A stretch of DNA of 64,000 bases from contig CBDCJV010000002.1 in assembly GCA_965217895.1 (NCBI GenBank), forward strand, positions 3,840,001-3,904,000. Reading direction: 5' to 3'. Both the position numbers and the translations under genes were made by a program. Under the pieces are notes generated by a model, which saw nothing but the letters and a program-made list of their open reading frames with translations, made no database searches and was not told the DNA's origin. The DNA comes from Waterburya sp. (lineage in GTDB: Bacteria > Cyanobacteriota > Cyanobacteriia > Cyanobacteriales > Xenococcaceae). Positions 51,401-59,400 of the stretch are shown here, piece after piece (position 1 is the stretch's first letter; each line of letters begins with the position of its first letter).

Positions 51401-53140
51401 TGATTGTTCAAAAATTATTTCTAATAAAGGTTTGTCCAAATACGGCTGTAAAATTTCTGCACATCGATCTAAAGCCTTGCGAAAAACAGGTTGAGTATCG
51501 TCAAGTTGTTGACCCATGCCTACATACTGCGAACCTTGTCCTGTAAATAGCCAACAGGTTTTCTTCGCTTGATTACCAACGCTGCTTTCTCTTAAACCTG
51601 CTGTTTCTTTGCCAGATACAAAAGCTGTAAGCTGTTTTTGTAATTGCTGAGTCGATTTAGCAATGCAGGTGAGGCGATGATTAAAATGACTTCTTTGTTG
51701 TTGAGTTGCTGTACAAATATTCTCTAAAGATACCTCTGTCTCTTGAATAAAATCTTGATAACTTTGTGCCAACTGCCGTAATGCAGATTTACTCTTAGCC
51801 GAAATAGTCAACAAATTCAAAGAAGATAACTCTATTTCCTCGTCTGCTTGTCGCCTTGTCTCATAGTCTCCCATAACAATATGAGCATTTGTGCCACCAA
51901 AGCCAAAAGAGTTAACTCCTGCAATTAATTGTTTGTTTTTTGACCACGGGATTAGCTGAGTAACCACCTGTAATTTTAAATTTTTAAAAGCGATCGCATC
52001 ATTTGGAGTATTAAAATGTAGGCTGGGTGGGATCTGTTTATGCTTGAGTGCTAGTGCTACTTTGATAATCCCCGCAATACCTGCTGCGGTTTCGGTATGT
52101 CCGATATTAGTTTTGACTGAACCTATTAGACAGTTATTTCCTGGTTGACGATCCTTGCCAAAAACCACCCCTAAAGCCTGAGCTTCAATGGGATCTCCTA
52201 CTTTTGTCCCTGTACCATGAGCCTCGATATAATCTACCCTGGCAGGATCTATCCCTCCACGCTGATAAGCCTCCCGTAAAACAGCCTCTTGCGCCACAGG
52301 ATTTGGTGCAGCCATACCGTTACTCAAGCCATCTTGGTTTACTGCGCTGCTAAGAATTACCCCATAGATATCGTTACCATCTGCTTGAGCTTGAGACAAA
52401 GGTTTTAATAAAATTAACCCTGCACCCTCTCCCCTGACATAACCGTCAGCACTAGCATCAAAACTCTTACAGCGTCCATCACTAGACATAAAACCGCCCT
52501 TGCTAAAGCCCACCATAATTGTCGGTAGTAGCAGCATATTAACCCCACCAGCTAAAGCAAGCTCAGATTCTCCTGTCCAAATACTCTGACAGGCTAAATG
52601 GACAGAAACTAAAGAAGAAGAGCAAGCAGTATCTACCGCCAAACTAGGGCCTTTAAAATCAAAGATATAAGAAATACGATTGGCAGCAATACAGTTACCT
52701 GTGCCTGTAGTGGCGTAAGGTTCACTCACAGGCTGTTGCCACATCATGATCGAATAGTCATGAGTACCAATACCGATAAATACACCTGTTTTGCTACCCT
52801 TGAGATCTTTAGGGATTTGGCCAGCATCTTCCAAGGTTTCCCAAGCGACTTCTAACAATAGACGTTGTTGCGGATCCATTGTGACTGCTTCTTTAGGGGC
52901 AATGCCAAAAAATTGTGGATCAAATTGGTCAACATCTTCGAGAAATCCACCCCAGCGAGTATTAGCTTTACCTGGCTTAGTTTTATCTGGATCATAGTAA
53001 GAATCTACATCCCATCGAGATTCAGGAACTTCAGACACCCCATCTACTCCATCTCGCATCATTGACCAAAAGGCTTGAGGATTTTTTGCGCCAGGAAAAC
53101 GACAGCCAATACCAATAATTGCGATGGGTTCTAGTTGCAT
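45488..53140 (-). CDS. Type I PKS KS-AT-DH-ER-KR-ACP with fused PLP-dependent alpha-oxoamine synthase (AONS/SPT-like) domain
   Basis: KS: DTACSSS, EAHGTGT, NIGHTE. AT: GHSIG, HAFHS. DH: DHCLENQTVFP, HPALLD. ER: IHAAAGGVG. KR: TGGFGALG, LDD, YAAAN. ACP: LGMDSL. AOS: SYNYIG, DALSHNS, DEAHS, GTLSKS. Confidence 0.93.
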   Translation of the reverse strand: MQLEPIAIIGIGCRFPGAKNPQAFWSMMRDGVDGVSEVPESRWDVDSYYDPDKTKPGKANTRWGGFLEDVDQFDPQFFGIAPKEAVTMDPQQRLLLEVAWETLEDAGQIPKDLKGSKTGVFIGIGTHDYSIMMWQQPVSEPYATTGTGNCIAANRISYIFDFKGPSLAVDTACSSSLVSVHLACQSIWTGESELALAGGVNMLLLPTIMVGFSKGGFMSSDGRCKSFDASADGYVRGEGAGLILLKPLSQAQADGNDIYGVILSSAVNQDGLSNGMAAPNPVAQEAVLREAYQRGGIDPARVDYIEAHGTGTKVGDPIEAQALGVVFGKDRQPGNNCLIGSVKTNIGHTETAAGIAGIIKVALALKHKQIPPSLHFNTPNDAIAFKNLKLQVVTQLIPWSKNKQLIAGVNSFGFGGTNAHIVMGDYETRRQADEEIELSSLNLLTISAKSKSALRQLAQSYQDFIQETEVSLENICTATQQQRSHFNHRLTCIAKSTQQLQKQLTAFVSGKETAGLRESSVGNQAKKTCWLFTGQGSQYVGMGQQLDDTQPVFRKALDRCAEILQPYLDKPLLEIIFEQSTINIGAKCKGVSRNAPTEINRTIYTQPAIFSIEYALAQLWLSWGIKPDYVAGHSIGEYVAACVAGVFSLADGLKLVATRGRLMEELPSSGGMLAIFSSQAKIAELIATYKEEVSIAAINNNQNTVIAGKKDTLAVIEDKLAQIDISSTLLEVSHAFHSPLMKPMLADFQAVAAEITYAAPKIPLVSNVTAQLAKEEIISSDYWVNHIIQPVKFADSFQFLLQQDVDIFLEIGAKPILASIGKTILATEVDDHPILLPSLSDKQNDWQVILNSVAQLYHQGIGIDWRVFNQGYFAQGVKLPTYPFQRQKYWWEKAKFWTEDNLNIQQQLHLLLGNPITLAVTSEIYFKGQVNAHNPEYLQDHCLENQTVFPATAYIEMALIAGKYIYSDSNFQLEQFTIKKPLLLSDKVTELQTVISKLENCSRLQIFSKNDRESDFALHCESIIKPVLKNISVQINIKDVKSRLQPILDISNYYQELSDKGLNYGVNFQGIKQLWKGDDQALGYIEIPDKITNENYQLHPALLDSCLQLIGAAIESTQGVYLPVGIESLKVYQSCNNKVWAQVNIKLTGNSQILKADLFLVDNLGDLVAEMTDLSLQYLSLRSLHKLIDAPVKEEACTDNWLYGIDWEAKDLDTENLTKTIGKDCWLIFTDQTDLSQKLADKLSGILLVKGGKFKRQKNNQYTINFNHPEDFKKLWQVIKRKKITNLKIVYFSRGDSQCKGERPFAPTYDRDCQGIFNLIQSLSTQENLNLNQLTIITEQTQFKSAHNLSGSVWGLGRTIQQEYASLSCNLIDFDNVNVEQLLPELLLSDGETQVAYYNQQRYVARLAPQNNTLNNPFRLQLSEYGTLDNLTLAPLQRRPPQPGEIEIEVTASGVNFRDILNALGVLKEYLQAMGFADSTGVPFGGECAGVIVAVGVGVTNFQIGDEIIAAQAVGSLSSHVTVDARFAIAKPDHLNYAEAATIPTTFLTAYYGLHYLAKIKAGDKILIHAAAGGVGQAAVQIAQQAGAEIYATASVGKWEFLKASGVKYVMNSRTLDFAEEVMQLTDGKGVDLVLNSLNGDFISKNLDILTPEGRFVEIGKVGIWNKAQITKKRPDISYFPFDLLEVSDRDPDLIASLFAELRQQFVERTLKPLPHKVFPIEQADDAFRYMAQAKHIGKVVISMPTSNQVVKSDGSYLITGGFGALGLQVANWLAQEGAKNLILLGRNQPTKQAQQAIDKLKRQDVTVNVIQADITDYEAVKNIFSNEKLESKSVSQYRIRGVIHAAGRLDDGLLKTLSWERFQAVLQPKITGAWNLHLATKEQPLDWFVCFSSIVSVFGAAGQSNYAAANAFMDNLMSYRRNLGLPGLSINWSIWDEVGMASRMTSQQQEKLKQQGLNAIAPQQGLKVLKQLLQQQANQTIVFPVDWATFLRQQPDNPFFERLQPQTETKSALTSSFLQQLASAPEDKQHHILQSHIREQIAKVLGFSDPEDIDTQEKFADLGMDSLMAVEFKNNLQASLGDAVSLTAAFDYPNVELLTDYIAQELSVGNVLQNVNVGAIRDVWTNGCSPLQEIPNKITILPAKRTQINIKPEYSQFKSTPEYINLKKDLERVKKLGNPFFSLHQGIAQDTIKTNGRELINYSSYNYIGMSGDPVVIEATQKAIAKYGTSVSASRVLSGERPLHLELEREIADFIGTEDAIVYVGGHATNVSTIGHLFNEKDLIICDALSHNSIREGCNLSGATIIDFPHNDYQALEAILERERTKYQKVLIAVEGIYSTDGDLAPVPKIVELKHHYQTFLLVDEAHSIGVLGLSGGGIREHFNLQPTDVDLWMGTLSKSFASCGGYIAGCRELIQYLKYTAPGFVFSVGMSPANTAAALTAIRLLKSEPERAIKLQSRAKFCLNLAKSKGFNTGYSADSPIIPIIVGEPHKAVNLSQLLGQAGINVQPMVYPSVPYDAARLRFFITSLHSETQILTTMDNLEKLVVSS

Positions 53141-53550
53141 AGTTGAGGGTGCTTCAGTCTGAAACTAATTAACTTGGAGTGTAGATTAGCATATCTGCAA
53201 AGTGTTATATGCTAGCTAAAATTAAATTAGACGTTGTTAAAAAAAGTCAACAGTAATTATCCGCAAATGTTGAATTAATTGAAGGAGATAACATCGATAC
53301 CTTCTATAAATATTTTTAGAGTTCTTTAATAAAGCATTAAATTTTTGATAATCTGCTCATAATTTACTTTAATCTAGCTTTCTGTCTAAAAAATGACCAA
53401 CGGGCGAAGCCTGCTGTGACTTGAGTAAAATTGCAAAAATGGGTCGCCAGAACTTATTTGTCGAGAAAACCAAGTTCTGTAAGAGCATATACTATTTGAA
53501 GAGAGAAATAAACTTTTTTGTCTCTTCGAGACTACCGCAGGTGATCGTAA

Positions 53551-54975
53551 ATGCAGAAGCAAAGAGCCTATATTATTTTAATTTTGGCATTGGTCGCAGC
53601 AGCGATCGCAATTTTAACTACCATCCCCCCTCAGTTAGGACTTGACTTAAGAGGTGGAGCGCAGTTAACCATTCAGGTAAATCCAACTAAAGAACAGCCT
53701 GATGTCAAGCCTACTCCAAATGATATTGAAGCAGTCAAAAGCGTGCTTCAAAATAGGATTAATGAATTTGGAGTCTCCGAAACCACGGTGCAAACAATTG
53801 GTGAAGACAAAATATTGATTCAGCTACCAGGGGAAAGTCAACCCGAAGAAGCAGAAAGACGTTTGAAAGGAACGGCTAAACTAGAGTTTAAAGAGCAAAA
53901 GCAAGGAACAGAAGGTCAGCTAGCTGCCGAATCTCAGGTAAGACAACAGCTTTTGGCACAGCAGGCTATCTTAAGCAAAGGAGATTTGCCAACAGGCGAT
54001 CGAGAAAAGCTAGGCAAAATTCAAGAATCACTTCAGAAATCTAATCAGGCGATTGATGGTTTATTCCAATCTGTTGGTCTAACGGGTACAAACCTGACCG
54101 ATGCTCGCCCTCAGCCCGATTCTACAGGAAAACGTTGGGAAGTAGCAATTAGTTTTAATGACGCTGGCGGGAAAAAGTTTGCTGAGTTAACCAAAAACCT
54201 CGCAGGTACTGGTCGTAGTATCGGTATTTTCCTTGACGACCAGTTACTTAGTTCTCCCGTTGTCGGACCAGAATTTGCTGATACAGGTATTGCTGGAGGT
54301 CGAGCGGTTATTACGGGCAACTTTAATATCGACAGTGCTAAAGACCTAGCAATTCAAATTAAAGGTGGTTCTTTGCCCTTCCCTATTTCCATCGTCGAAA
54401 ATCGAACCGTTGGGGCAACTCTAGGACAAGACAGCGTGCGCCGTAGTATTATTGCTGGCTGTGTGGGTTTGGTTTTAGTATTGGTCTTTATGGTGGTTTA
54501 TTATCGTCTACCAGGGGTAATTGCTGATGTTGCCTTGATTGTTTACGCCTTGTTGACTATGGCTTGCTATGCTTTGATAGGAGTGACCCTGACGCTACCA
54601 GGAATAGCGGGATTTATTCTCAGTATCGGCATGGCGGTAGATGCTAATGTGCTTATTTTTGAGCGCACCAGAGAAGAATTACGGGCAGGTAAAACTATGT
54701 ATCGCTCCGTAGAGTCGGGATTTTTTCGGGCATTTTCAAGTATTTTAGATAGTAACGTCACAACAGCGATCGCCTGTTTGGCTTTACTCTGGCTTGGTTC
54801 TGGTTTGGTTAAAGGTTTTGCCGTTACTTTACTTGTTGGCGTAGTGGTAAGTATGTTTACTGCTGTTACCTGTAGTCGTACCTTGATGCTGTTGGTAGTT
54901 TTAAGTTTACCCAAAGTCCGACAAAAGCCAGAATTATTCTGCCCCAACTTAAATTCAGCAACCAGCAATCAATGA
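53551..54975 (+). CDS. secD: Protein translocase subunit SecD
   Basis: LGLDLRGG, IQLPG, VGATLGQD and LTLPGIAGFILSIGMAVDANVLIFER. Confidence 0.97.
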   Translation: MQKQRAYIILILALVAAAIAILTTIPPQLGLDLRGGAQLTIQVNPTKEQPDVKPTPNDIEAVKSVLQNRINEFGVSETTVQTIGEDKILIQLPGESQPEEAERRLKGTAKLEFKEQKQGTEGQLAAESQVRQQLLAQQAILSKGDLPTGDREKLGKIQESLQKSNQAIDGLFQSVGLTGTNLTDARPQPDSTGKRWEVAISFNDAGGKKFAELTKNLAGTGRSIGIFLDDQLLSSPVVGPEFADTGIAGGRAVITGNFNIDSAKDLAIQIKGGSLPFPISIVENRTVGATLGQDSVRRSIIAGCVGLVLVLVFMVVYYRLPGVIADVALIVYALLTMACYALIGVTLTLPGIAGFILSIGMAVDANVLIFERTREELRAGKTMYRSVESGFFRAFSSILDSNVTTAIACLALLWLGSGLVKGFAVTLLVGVVVSMFTAVTCSRTLMLLVVLSLPKVRQKPELFCPNLNSATSNQ

Positions 54976-55004
54976 ACAATTATCAATTATCAATAAATTG
55001 AAAA

Positions 55005-55961
55005 ATGAAATTTAGCGTTACCAAAAGACGAGGCTTATGGTGGACAATCTCTGGAACAGCTATAGTTGCCAGTATTGTCATGATGATTATTTCTTTTGCC
55101 ATTTTAAATGCCCCTTTACGTCCAGGTCTTGATTTTATCGGCGGTACTCGCATCCAAATCGCTAAAGATTGCTCGGTAGCGGGCAACTGCAATCAGCCTA
55201 TAGATACGGCTCAGGTGCGAGAAGTTTTAGATAAACAAGGCTATGGCAACAGCAGTATTCAGCTATTGGGAGATGCGCAACAGATTCTCTCGGTACGGAC
55301 AGAAAATATTGATGGTGAACAGCGGACTAAACTGCTTGACTCTCTAGGTAAGGCTATTGGCAAGTTTGATAGTCAGACTATTCAAATTGATTCAGTTGGA
55401 CCAACTATTGGTGAAGAACTGTTTGTATCAGGAATCTTGGCATTGTTGGTGGCATTTTTTGGCATCATTGTCTATTTGAGCATTCGTTTTCAGTTTGACT
55501 ATGCTTTTTTTGCGATCGCTGCTTTATTTCATGATGTTTTAATTACATCAGGTGTTTTCTCATTTTTAGGCTTGGTAATGGGCTTAGAAGTAGATAGCTT
55601 ATTTTTGGTATCGCTCTTAACCATTATTGGTTTTTCAGTGAACGATACCGTCGTCATTTACGATCGCATTCGCGAAAATTTAGTCAACACTCCCGAACTA
55701 TCGATTAACGAAGTTATTGACAATGCCGTTAGTCAGACTTTGGGTCGTTCGATCAATACGACCTTGACTACTTTACTACCCTTATTAGGCATCTTCTTCT
55801 TTGGAGGACAAACTTTAAAATTCTTTGCTTTAGCCTTAATTATCGGCTTTATTTTGGGTGCTTACTCCAGTATTTTTATTGCCAGTACCCTCCTTGCCTG
55901 GTGGAGAAATAAACAGGGAAAAAATACGGTGGCAAGATCTGATTTGCCTATATCAGAATAA
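55005..55961 (+). CDS. secF: Protein translocase subunit SecF
   Basis: [35 protein letters not shown] and GAYSSIFIA. Confidence 0.97.
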   Translation: MKFSVTKRRGLWWTISGTAIVASIVMMIISFAILNAPLRPGLDFIGGTRIQIAKDCSVAGNCNQPIDTAQVREVLDKQGYGNSSIQLLGDAQQILSVRTENIDGEQRTKLLDSLGKAIGKFDSQTIQIDSVGPTIGEELFVSGILALLVAFFGIIVYLSIRFQFDYAFFAIAALFHDVLITSGVFSFLGLVMGLEVDSLFLVSLLTIIGFSVNDTVVIYDRIRENLVNTPELSINEVIDNAVSQTLGRSINTTLTTLLPLLGIFFFGGQTLKFFALALIIGFILGAYSSIFIASTLLAWWRNKQGKNTVARSDLPISE

Positions 55962-56006
55962 AAATAGTCAAGATGAGCAAAATATTCTGCATCTGAGTAA
56001 AGTAAA

Positions 56007-56381
56007 GTGAGCAAATTTCAATCTGATTTTCAGCATAAGGTATTGAGATTACATCAGTTAACTGTCTATGGTCGCTGGCTATTTGTCTTATTTAGCTGGC
56101 TTACTTTTGGGCTTTATGCTCTTTGGAGTTTAAAAGCAGAAATTGCTCTGTGGTTTGATTACTTTACTTGGGCAGCGGTGTATTATGGGCTGCATTTCAA
56201 TTTCTTGCCTACACTTTGTCTAGCTTTTTGCATCGCGGTTACTATATCTGTTTTAGTCTGGCAAAGTCGGAATCTTCTTTGGGGTTTGCCAAAGAGCGAA
56301 AAACGCCAACTGGAAAAACGAGTAGAGAAAATTTTGGCAAGGGGCGAAAAACATCCTTTCTGGAAATGGATTAATTCTTAA
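56007..56381 (+). CDS. Small hypothetical membrane protein
   Basis: Two TM segments and a W-rich basic C-terminus (GEKHPFWKWI); co-oriented downstream of secF. Confidence 0.7.
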   Translation: MSKFQSDFQHKVLRLHQLTVYGRWLFVLFSWLTFGLYALWSLKAEIALWFDYFTWAAVYYGLHFNFLPTLCLAFCIAVTISVLVWQSRNLLWGLPKSEKRQLEKRVEKILARGEKHPFWKWINS

Positions 56382-56408
56382 TTGCGGAAGTAACATAGTT
56401 ATTCCAAA

Positions 56409-59400
56409 TTAAATTTCTTCAATCACTCCTTCAGATTGATTGGCGATCGCTTTTAGATCGTCAATTACTTGTGCATCAACATTTTGCCATAATCCTCGCT
56501 GATGTGCCTCCAAGAGTCTTTCAGACATATCCCGCAAAGCCCAGGGGTTTTTGGCTTGAATAAATTGCTGTACTTGTTCATCAAAAATATAGGCTTTGGC
56601 TACTCCTTCATACATATAGTCGGCGACACAGTTAGCCGTAGCATCATAAGCAAAAAGGTAATCTACCGTGGCTGCCATTTCAAACGCACCTTTATAGCCG
56701 TGACGCATCACACCTTTAATCCATTTCGGATTGATTACTCGCGATCGATATACCCTGGCTATTTCTTCAGTTAACTTCCGTACTCTAGGATTACTTGGTT
56801 GGGAGTTGTCGCCAAAGTAAACCTCTGGGTTTTTGCCTGTCAGACTACGTACCGCAGCAGTCATGCCACCCTGGAATTGATAGTAATCGTCGGAATCAAG
56901 TAAATCGTGTTCTCTATTGTCTTGATTATGTAGCACGATCTGTAGTTGTTTTAAGCGACGTTGAAAGGATTCAGGGGCAGCGTAGCCTTGACCACTGCCA
57001 TCATAAGCATAAGAACTCCAGTTAAGATAAGCTCTGGCTAAATCTTCGTCACTTTGCCAATTTTGCGCCTCAATTAAACCCTGGATTCCCGCACCGTAAG
57101 CCCCAGGCTTGGAACCAAACACCCGATAAATAGCTCGTTTTTGGGCTGCCTCAGCATCTATTCCTTGCTCTTGTAATAGCTGTTGTTCTGTTTCTACTGC
57201 ATTAGCTAAAGGATTAATCTGTGCTGTTTCTGGTAAAGTAGCGACAGTTTGTGTTATTTTATTCAACAAGTTAATTATATTAGGGAAAGAGTCTCTAAAA
57301 AAGCCTGACACCCGTACCGTTACATCCACACGGGGACGATTTAAAATAGAGGCTGGCAACACTTCAAAATCAATTACTCGACGTGACATCCCATCCCAGA
57401 CTGGCCTGACTCCCATTAATGCCATTACCTGAGCAATATCATCGCCTCCAGTCCGCATGGTTGAGGTTCCCCAGATAGAAATTGCTAAGGATTGAGGATA
57501 TTCGCCGTTTTCTTGGGTATAGCGTTCAATTACTACCTCTGCTGCCTTGCTGCCTACTTCCCAGGCGGTTTCGGTAGGAATACCGCGAATGTCTACCGAA
57601 TAAAAGTTACGTCCTGTGGGCAATACCTCTGGTCTACCTCTAGTAGGTGCGCCTGATGCACCACTGGGTATATATTTGCCATCTAAAGCTTTGAGTAAGT
57701 TGATGATTTCGCGATCGCTTTTAATTAGATTTGGCAGTAGGGTATTTTTAATCCACTGGAGTTGGGTTTGGGTAAAGGGTAAAGGCGAAAGGCTTAAGCC
57801 GCATCTAAAGGTAAAGGGTTTATGAGCAATGAGTTGTTCTACTAACTCGATAGCAATTTCTTCGAGGATAGCGATCGCATCACCTTTATTTCTGGCTTGT
57901 TTTAATTTTTTTATATAACCACCTTCTCCCAGTCCCCTAGTCCCCCAGTCCCCTAGTCTCCCAGCCTCAGCATCTCCGCCTAACAATGGATCGAAATCTA
58001 AACCAAAATCTTTTGCTAAAGCCTGGGTTAAACCCATACGGTTGTAACTAGGTGAACGAGCGATCGCAATTATCAGATCTCGCAGTTGTTCCCCTTGGGG
58101 ACATTGACCAAAGATATGTAAACCATCCCGTATCTGCGCTTCTTTTAGTTCACAGAGATAGCCATCAGCGACAGAAAGAAATTGCGCTAAAGTTTTGGTT
58201 TCATTAGGTTTGATGCCTAAATCTCGATCTAAGTTTTCTTGCTGGACAAGTTGGGTAATGCGATCGCTAATGATACTAAGTCGTGTCGGATCTAAGCTTT
58301 GTGCTTCGTAGTATTCATCGATCAAAGCCTCTAATTTTTCTAAACCACCGTATAGTTCAGCGCGGGTAAGAGGTGGGGTAAGATGATCGATAATTACGGC
58401 TTGCGATCGCCTTTTTGTCTGTGAACCTTCTCCTGGATCGTTAACAATAAAGGGATAAATATTGGGGATAGTTTGTAAGGCAACTTCAGGATAGCAACTG
58501 GCAGATAATGCCAAGCTTTTTCCTGGTAGCCATTCTAAGTTACCATGTTTGCCCACATGAACGATCGCCTGTACCCCAAAGCAACTTCTTAGCCAATGGT
58601 AATAAGCTAAATACTCGTGGGTAGGTTCTAAATCTGGTGCATGGTAATTTAAACTCGGATCGCGATCGTATCCCCGCGATGGTTGGATACCAATGAATAT
58701 ATTACCCAATTGTATTCCAGGAATATTAATCTGTGAGGGCAAACCACCGTTTGCCCCTACCTCCCCATTTCCCCATCTCCCCATCTCCCCATCCTGCTTG
58801 GTAATTTCATGAGGATGTTCGACAAAAACGCCCCATCTGTCGGTTATACCTTGCTGTACTGCTTCAGGTAATGTCTCCCAATACTTTTGATATTCTTCTA
58901 TGGATAAACTTTGATATGTTGGACGAGAGACACGACTTTCAGGATCGTTGGTAATACCTGTGGTTAAGCGTTGAATTAATTCTTCTCCCGTCTCGGGCAT
59001 ATCAGTAACTGTATAACCTGATTGTTGTAAAGCTTCCAGGATTTTGATACAGCTTGCGGGAGTATCTAAACCAACCCCGTTGGCAATTCTGCCGTCTTTG
59101 TTAGGATAGTTAGCTAAGATTAACGCTACTTTCCTGTCTTTAGGTTTTGTATTGGCGAGATCGATCCAATTGGCTGCTGAGTCGGCGACAAAATCCGTGC
59201 GATCGCTTTTTGGCTGATAAACAACCACGTTGGTTTCTAACTTTTTATTCCAGGTTTGTACCGATTTAAAGGAAATAGCGCGGGTGATAATTCTGCCATC
59301 TACTTCTGGTAGTGCTACGTTCATGGCTACATCCCTGGGCATCAAGCCTTGTAAGCTAGATTCCCATTGCTCAAGAGTACTGCTACTTAATATCACCTGT

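Noticed and set aside
53421..53645. 74-aa ORF overlapping the secD start
   Set aside because: Out-of-frame overlap with secD, TTG start, no recognisable features.
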